This document shows, piece after piece, positions 57,425-63,072 of a stretch of 63,072 nucleotides of DNA (positions within the stretch are counted from its first letter, which is position 1; each line of letters begins with the position of its first letter). The translations under genes and the position numbers were made by a program. The notes under the pieces were generated by a model. That model had not been told where the DNA came from. It saw only the letters and a program-made list of their open reading frames with translations, and did not search any database. Source of the stretch: a virus (Duplodnaviria > Caudoviricetes); the IMG/VR virus record IMGVR_UViG_3300044815_000135, positions 1-63,072 of that record. One strand, written 5' to 3'.

Positions 57425-58087
57425 TTATTTTACTATGTATATCTCTAGCTTATGAAGCTCTAGCCATGCCTCGTGAGTACCTCCAGAATCGGGATGACAA
57501 GCTCGTTGAGCTCGCCGCCACAATTGCTTTAGAGTTAATTGCTTAGCATTCTCAGGGGTTAACTTAGCAAACTTGGTAAGCTGATTGATTAATACATCAG
57601 TTGACATGGAAGGTTTAGCAGGATTTGATTGGATACCATCATCTCGGCCCGCATATCGACTACTACCCGGGCCATAATCATAACCATAACCCCCATTAAC
57701 AAAAGGGTTTTGATGTTCCCAGTGTCGTTTTGCATCATACTCTTGCTGCCTACGCCGTTGCTGATAATCTTGTTCTCTACGTCGAGCTTCTTCGGCCTCT
57801 TGGCGACGTTTATGCTCTTCTCGCCGACGTTCTTCTTCTTGACGACGCCGGTACTCTTTACTTCTATCAATAAAGTCGTCTACTTCGGCATTCTTAAGAG
57901 GAACTTCCATTTTCACCCCATTAGGCAAGATTATGGTTACAACCTCAATTTTGGGACGGGGAGGAGTATTAAATATTCCGTTAAAAAGATCTGATAGATT
58001 AGAAGCGGCATCTGCAGTAAAGAAAAAAGTTCCGTTCCAAGCATTACTACCAGAGGTAAATTGGAAGGAATTGTCATCATGTTCCAC
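57425..58087 (-). CDS. J-domain (DnaJ-like) protein
   Basis: C-terminal WRRAQRACHPDSGG. Confidence 0.75.
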   Translation of the reverse strand: MEHDDNSFQFTSGSNAWNGTFFFTADAASNLSDLFNGIFNTPPRPKIEVVTIILPNGVKMEVPLKNAEVDDFIDRSKEYRRRQEEERRREEHKRRQEAEEARRREQDYQQRRRQQEYDAKRHWEHQNPFVNGGYGYDYGPGSSRYAGRDDGIQSNPAKPSMSTDVLINQLTKFAKLTPENAKQLTLKQLWRRAQRACHPDSGGTHEAWLELHKLEIYIVK

Positions 58088-58848
58088 TAGGGGGCTATCC
58101 TTCCATGCTCATTGAACTTGGTTAATGAAATGGGAAATAGCTGAGTCAGAATTTCTTCTACCTTCTTAGCAGCTAGTACAATTTCATACTGAGGTCGACC
58201 TTTATTGGTGGCATTTTCTTCAGCAGTACGAAGACCTAAGAAATGCAACCATGCTCGAAGATTAGCAGTAGCATACATAGTTGAGTTAATTGCTACTGGG
58301 AGATGAAGTCGAGCCATCTCATTAGCAATACCCATATTTAAAGCCTTTTGATACAAAGCCCATGACTGCTCATACCCCCAGATAAGATCCTCAACAAATT
58401 GGGTGTGGAGAATTATATCAGCAGGACCCATTACTGGTCTAGCACTAGTACCAATGTTAATAAGAGGCCTATTAGCTTCAGGGATATAAAAATTGGGAGT
58501 GAACTGGGTATATCGTCCAGATTGCTCATTGTAAGACTGAACTCGGTGACGATGCCACTCACGGAAAACCATAATGGGCGCAGTTACTCGAAATGTAATG
58601 GAGTTATGCTCAAAAGGGGTACCATGGCGTTCACTCATAAGATAGTTGATAAGGCCAGCACTTTCACCTTCTCCAAACTGAGTAGCATCAACTACTTCAC
58701 CAGTACTTACTCGAGCAGCATGAACAACCCCTGCATCATTACCCATATGTTGAATGAGTTCTACCCTTACACCTTCATGAAGTGTAATGTCATTGTGCTG
58801 ACGAATCACTTGATTGCCTCCTTGGCAGTATAGGTCTTGTACATCCAT
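58087..58848 (-). CDS. thyX: flavin-dependent thymidylate synthase
   Basis: H.TPFEH, RHR..SYNE.S.RY, NLR.W.HF..LR, Q.EI. Confidence 0.95.
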   Translation of the reverse strand: MDVQDLYCQGGNQVIRQHNDITLHEGVRVELIQHMGNDAGVVHAARVSTGEVVDATQFGEGESAGLINYLMSERHGTPFEHNSITFRVTAPIMVFREWHRHRVQSYNEQSGRYTQFTPNFYIPEANRPLINIGTSARPVMGPADIILHTQFVEDLIWGYEQSWALYQKALNMGIANEMARLHLPVAINSTMYATANLRAWLHFLGLRTAEENATNKGRPQYEIVLAAKKVEEILTQLFPISLTKFNEHGRIAP

Positions 58849-59285
58849 GCTTTATGCTTCCACACCCATCGACGAAATTTGCCTCGCGGGATTCTTTTTA
58901 ATAGGGGATATAGCTTGGTATGCTTACTAAGGATATAGAATGTAAGACCCCAATCTTCACTAAAAGCTTGAGGATTACGAAGATTTTGCCATAGCCTTAA
59001 GTCGCCGGCAAATTTAGGATCTACTCTACTCCATTCAATGGGGTCGTTAGTTAGAGGAGAAAGGGGCTTATACTGAAGAAGTTGAGAAACCATATTTAGT
59101 GTTTGATTGGCTGATTCTCCAGAATGGCCCTGTTTACTAAATACAGTAACTAGTTCCATAACTCGCTTACGAAGTTCAGCATCCCAATGAGCTGATGGAT
59201 CTTTACTTCTAAGTTGGTCTCTGGTAAGCTGGGGAAAACCTATCAAATCTAGTTCTCTGTTAGCATGGTCGATCAAATTTGACAT
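58806..59285 (-). CDS. conserved hypothetical phage protein
   Basis: HA.REL, FS.QGHSG.SA, PL.PLT..P.EW. Confidence 0.7.
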   Translation of the reverse strand: MSNLIDHANRELDLIGFPQLTRDQLRSKDPSAHWDAELRKRVMELVTVFSKQGHSGESANQTLNMVSQLLQYKPLSPLTNDPIEWSRVDPKFAGDLRLWQNLRNPQAFSEDWGLTFYILSKHTKLYPLLKRIPRGKFRRWVWKHKAWMYKTYTAKEAIK

Positions 59286-59886
59286 CTTAATCCTTAATCA
59301 CTAAGTATTCTTCAATTTCTTGCTTACGTTTCTCATCCCAGTCAATTTGGTCTTCACCGGGAGAAAGTTGAGGATGCCAGTTTTCATCAGAACTGGCAAA
59401 TTGTACATGGACAGTTTTGTGTTCAGGATACTTTTTCCCAGTTGCAATCAATAGCCTTGTCATCACATAGTTTGTTTTACTATAAGAGGTATCTGATAGT
59501 CCTCTGAAAGGGCTTTTGCCTTAGTAATTGCTTCATCTCGAGTCAAATAGTCATGGTCCTTGAGAGGCGTACCATCAGTCTCTTGGATTTGCCAATTCTC
59601 AATGGTAGGTGTATGCCCGCTATAATCAGTAACCATTGGGCATTCTCATTCTGTTATCTCTTGGGCGTACATGCTCAATGTTCATTGTATCCATTACTGG
59701 AGAGTTAAAGTAATGCATATCACTTAGTAACAAAAGCTACAACTTTCTGAATTTCTTCAGCTGTAAGTTCTTCTCCCCGTTCCACCTTATGAATGATAGC
59801 CCATAACTCATCAAAGGTATCGGGGTTTTCTTTTTTAGCTTTACGAAGATTATCGGCTGCGTCAGCTATCTCATCAAAGTCTCTCA

Positions 59887-60114
59887 TCACATGTTCGCAA
59901 TCTTACGATCAAGGGCGCGGATATCTCGTTCAAGAGCTACCCGTTCTACTTCTTGAGCAGCTGAACGAAGTCGACGCATCGGGATTTTATCACGCTTTGT
60001 CTGTAGTTCCTTGCGCCGAGCAACAAAGAATGCCCTATCTTCAATCGGAGTATGCTGCTCGATACCTTTACGTTTATGCGGGGGGTTACCGGGGCGAGGA
60101 GGAGCATATGCCAT
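59887..60114 (-). CDS. basic hypothetical protein
   Basis: GAAAGGA RBS. Confidence 0.55.
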   Translation of the reverse strand: MAYAPPRPGNPPHKRKGIEQHTPIEDRAFFVARRKELQTKRDKIPMRRLRSAAQEVERVALERDIRALDRKIANM

Positions 60115-60189
60115 GGGGATGGTCCTTTCATACGGGGTAAATTAGTGATATTGCTATGCTATTTGCTCGGTTTTTTGTTGTCAACTAAG

Positions 60190-60239
60190 TACCTGCTCGG
60201 GGGTTGAACCCGATTAACCTCCCCAGTGGAGGACAGGCA
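60190..60239 (-). ncRNA. D-armless mini tRNA-like element
   Basis: GCCTGT/GCAGGT stem, CCTCC/GGAGG hairpin, T arm TCGGG-TTCAACC-CCCGA. Confidence 0.45.
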
Positions 60240-60248
60240 TCTTACTTC

Positions 60249-61466
60249 TTAGACGAAAATTCGCTTACGAAGGAAGAGGGCTGCAAGACCAAGGAACAGA
60301 ATTCCTGAGCCCGTAAGGCCATTGCGAATGTATACTACTAGCTCATCACCTGTACAGGCAAGGGTTGTAGCAGTTCCGCACTTATCGCTAGGCGGCGGAG
60401 GCGGTAGCTTGCAATCCTCTTCCGCATCCTTAGCAGCGATTTCTTCTGGTGTCAGGATTCGAGGTTCACCAATTTCAGGCTCACTCTCAGTAGTTTCCTC
60501 ATTGACTGACCCATCCTCATTGTTTGAGTAATGGGTGTGCCAAACCTGACGGGTTTGTGAAACGGTGGTGTCATCGCAACCATATTCGCCATCTGTCCAT
60601 TCACCATAGGTGTCATAGTCTTCAGGCAAGTCGCAATTAACTGCTGTCCAAGTGACCGAGGTGAATGGGAACGTTGCTGTTCCATTACCATTGTCAACCC
60701 ATCCAGTAGGCAGAACTCCCCATCCATCGCCACCGATTCGGGTGGCAATAATGTCAAGTTCATCACGTGCATAGGTAACATTCTCAGTATTGACTGGCAG
60801 ACCAAAGTGGTCGTCAGCTACAGCGCACTTATCCTTCTGACCGGGGTCAGTGGGAATCACCAGAATGGGATCGACGCAATCTGGACCAGTAAGTAGGACC
60901 AGCTTGTATGCTTCCCCCCAGCCGCCACCCCAAAGAGCTTCGGCAGGATTGCCTGGGCCATAGAGTGAACCACCCGCGATTGCATCACGGACAGGCTGGG
61001 TATCGAAGTTGCCATCCACCTGGAACTGAACTGAGGTTTCACAAGTTAAGTTAGCCTCAATCTCGGCAAGAGCCGCATCAAGCGCACTAAGGTTCTTAGT
61101 AGCACTGTCAGCTGTCAATGGAGGCATGAGCCCCGCAGCAACACCTTGCGGCCAGGTTGGAGTTGTTGGTCCGGCCCAGCTGGGCATTGGCCATCCAATT
61201 ACCACAAAGGGCATTGGATCAACTGGAGGTTCCTCGACTACATTCTTCGCGAGACATTCCGCCTCGGTTAGTCCGAATACATCGGCATCATGATGCTTAT
61301 GACCGTTATAGCCATTCGCATCAGGTGTGATATATGTCCAGTGATTCCCATCTCCACTGTGACAAGCGGGCAACTCGGCTTCTGATGCCATGGCTGGTGA
61401 GACATTAAATCCTACCAACCCCAGCACAAGAATACCAGCAGCAACACCTGCAGGATATCGCTTCAT
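60249..61466 (-). CDS. secreted, sortase-anchored (LAxTG) surface protein
   Basis: Signal peptide (AMA), Pro linker, LACTG, TM helix, RKR tail; own promoter TTGACA-17-TAGCAT. Confidence 0.8.
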   Translation of the reverse strand: MKRYPAGVAAGILVLGLVGFNVSPAMASEAELPACHSGDGNHWTYITPDANGYNGHKHHDADVFGLTEAECLAKNVVEEPPVDPMPFVVIGWPMPSWAGPTTPTWPQGVAAGLMPPLTADSATKNLSALDAALAEIEANLTCETSVQFQVDGNFDTQPVRDAIAGGSLYGPGNPAEALWGGGWGEAYKLVLLTGPDCVDPILVIPTDPGQKDKCAVADDHFGLPVNTENVTYARDELDIIATRIGGDGWGVLPTGWVDNGNGTATFPFTSVTWTAVNCDLPEDYDTYGEWTDGEYGCDDTTVSQTRQVWHTHYSNNEDGSVNEETTESEPEIGEPRILTPEEIAAKDAEEDCKLPPPPPSDKCGTATTLACTGDELVVYIRNGLTGSGILFLGLAALFLRKRIFV

Positions 61467-61559
61467 ATTCTTCTCCCTGTAGAGTTATCAACACCAGCTC
61501 AATTGCTGATGCATAAGCATGCTATCGACATAGGCAATAGTTGTCAAGGCAATTATACT

Positions 61560-61784
61560 CTACAGTTCCCACCAAGGCTTAGCTTCTTTAGGTGTGGAAA
61601 AATCAAAATTATGCTTGGCTTCTCGCCAAGTCCCATCTGGGTTCATATGCCGACGGATAAAATGGGATACATACTTTACTCGAGTTTTCAAGGCTAATCC
61701 GCAGTAAGTACATTTGACTTTATTCCCTCGAATTATATACTCTGGAGCTGGTACTTTAATCATCCCCAATCTCCAGTATACCAA
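61560..61784 (-). CDS. C2H2 zinc-finger protein
   Basis: CTYC...H....H. Confidence 0.55.
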   Translation of the reverse strand: MVYWRLGMIKVPAPEYIIRGNKVKCTYCGLALKTRVKYVSHFIRRHMNPDGTWREAKHNFDFSTPKEAKPWWEL

Positions 61785-61924
61785 TAAGCTACCTCAATTG
61801 AATCTGGAAATTGGTTATATCGTTCCAACATCTGACTTGCTACATCTGCCTCATGAGGCGCGGAAGCAATACGACGCGTCCCATCAGGTAGAGTAGCAAT
61901 GAACAACATTCCACACCAATCAGG

Positions 61925-62164
61925 TTAGCTAAACGGTTTTAATTCCCATTCCCCAGTATAATTTCGCTTCCAAAGTTCATCTTGGCCATCTTCTAAACTC
62001 GTAAGGAGAATTTTGCCAATATTCTTACGACGTTTTCCTGCAGCAACTTCTATTTGAGCGCTATGGATGCCTACATGAACAATCTCTATGGCTAATTCTC
62101 CCAAGATTTGGGGAAACTTAGCCTCTTTACCATAGTAAAGAGTAACTGAATGAGTATATCTCAT
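61925..62164 (-). CDS. hypothetical protein
   Basis: ATGA coupling. Confidence 0.55.
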   Translation of the reverse strand: MRYTHSVTLYYGKEAKFPQILGELAIEIVHVGIHSAQIEVAAGKRRKNIGKILLTSLEDGQDELWKRNYTGEWELKPFS

Positions 62165-62418
62165 AGCAATTCCTGCAATGCATCGATCGTGCGAATTGAT
62201 CGGATAACTTTCAAGCGTCCTAATCGGTCTTCTACCGACATCGCACGCAATGATTGGCCCAATATGAGGCGATGATTTGCGAGAATCGCACGGACGCTCC
62301 TGCGATCATCAGCTCTACCAGCAGCGCTAGCCTGACGTAAAAGTACCAAGACTTCTTTACGATTAGCTCCGCCATACCTGGTTATTAAACCATTGGCAAT
62401 AGCTTTATCACTTGCCAT
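62161..62418 (-). CDS. hypothetical protein
   Basis: Operon packing. Confidence 0.55.
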   Translation of the reverse strand: MASDKAIANGLITRYGGANRKEVLVLLRQASAAGRADDRRSVRAILANHRLILGQSLRAMSVEDRLGRLKVIRSIRTIDALQELL

Positions 62419-62647
62419 TGGGCTTTAGTTTCCATTTGAAGAGTTTAGGCATTTCCTTCGATGGTTCACTGGGCTTTGGCCACCAACACCAGTTAATGAG
62501 AATATCAAACTCATTATTCGGAGTAAGCCGATGAACGTAGGTAAAGGGGTGGTAGAACTCTCGAGTAAAGGCATTATGAGGTTCTGCTTTATCAGCTTGG
62601 TATGATCGAGGAAATAGCTCTCCTGGACCGGGTAAAAAGAGAGTCAT
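62408..62647 (-). CDS. hypothetical protein
   Basis: Operon packing. Confidence 0.5.
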   Translation of the reverse strand: MTLFLPGPGELFPRSYQADKAEPHNAFTREFYHPFTYVHRLTPNNEFDILINWCWWPKPSEPSKEMPKLFKWKLKPNGK

Positions 62648-62964
62648 TTTTTATCCCAGTCTGGATGATAAAGCAATCGAGCGGGTAACCAAGATTCTCT
62701 GACTGTGGTGTAGGGTGTTTCAACTCCAGGCCAAAACCATCCCTGATCTGTTAGTTTCTCAAGAGTTTTAGGTTCACCATTCTCAGAGATAAGTTGGATT
62801 ACACTTAGTGAAGGTAAAGCTTCTATTTCTTTTACTGAGTTCAGCATTCTAAATGGAGTTATGATTACTCCATCCATAATAGCTTGATGAAATTGAGATA
62901 AGTTCTCAATTATGACAGTTACTCCAGATTTAGTCTTACCCATTATTGAACCCCAGTGATGCAC
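62644..62964 (-). CDS. hypothetical protein
   Basis: I.ALP..SVI...W...G...LPARLLY.P motif common in actinophage small proteins. Confidence 0.55.
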   Translation of the reverse strand: MHHWGSIMGKTKSGVTVIIENLSQFHQAIMDGVIITPFRMLNSVKEIEALPSLSVIQLISENGEPKTLEKLTDQGWFWPGVETPYTTVRESWLPARLLYHPDWDKK

Positions 62965-63072
62965 TTAGCACCGAAAAGGGTGGTATACAGTTTCATGCCA
63001 TCCTGCTGAACCATGTAATTGTGAGGATGGGAGCATTGCTGAAGAGAAATAACCATAGCGTTGAGTTCGCTG

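Noticed and set aside
1-63072. Prophage or temperate lifestyle
   Set aside because: No integrase, ParA or host genes recognised; both window ends lie in the same minus-strand small-gene string, consistent with a permuted phage genome

Overview
This window looks like a near-complete, probably circularly permuted genome of a lytic siphovirus. The host is most likely an actinobacterium (inferred from an M23 endolysin, an LAxTG sortase motif, leaderless SigA-type promoters and a GTTTCACGTGAAAC parS). Almost all genes are on the minus strand. Modules: (i) an early island at about 4.0-9.3 kb of tiny genes with their own strong, often leaderless promoters, a repeated dyad element, and a DnaA-box cluster next to a perfect parS; (ii) replication/recombination at 13-32 kb (primase-helicase, VRR-Nuc, SSB, Sak4-like ATPase, Cas4-like nuclease, PolA with a UDG-fold N-terminus, SNF2 helicase); (iii) a nucleotide operon with dCMP deaminase, two thymidylate-synthase-fold paralogues both carrying the dCMP-type Asp, a MazG-like pyrophosphatase and a dNMP kinase, with ThyX encoded elsewhere, which suggests an uncharacterised cytosine-modification system; (iv) virion genes at 33-51 kb; (v) a lysis cassette and JAB protein between the terminase subunits; (vi) a tRNA/tRNA-mimic cluster, two candidate large structured ncRNAs, and a sortase-anchored surface protein. 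No integrase, CRISPR array or reverse transcriptase was seen. All calls come from motif recognition by eye; no database searches were run.
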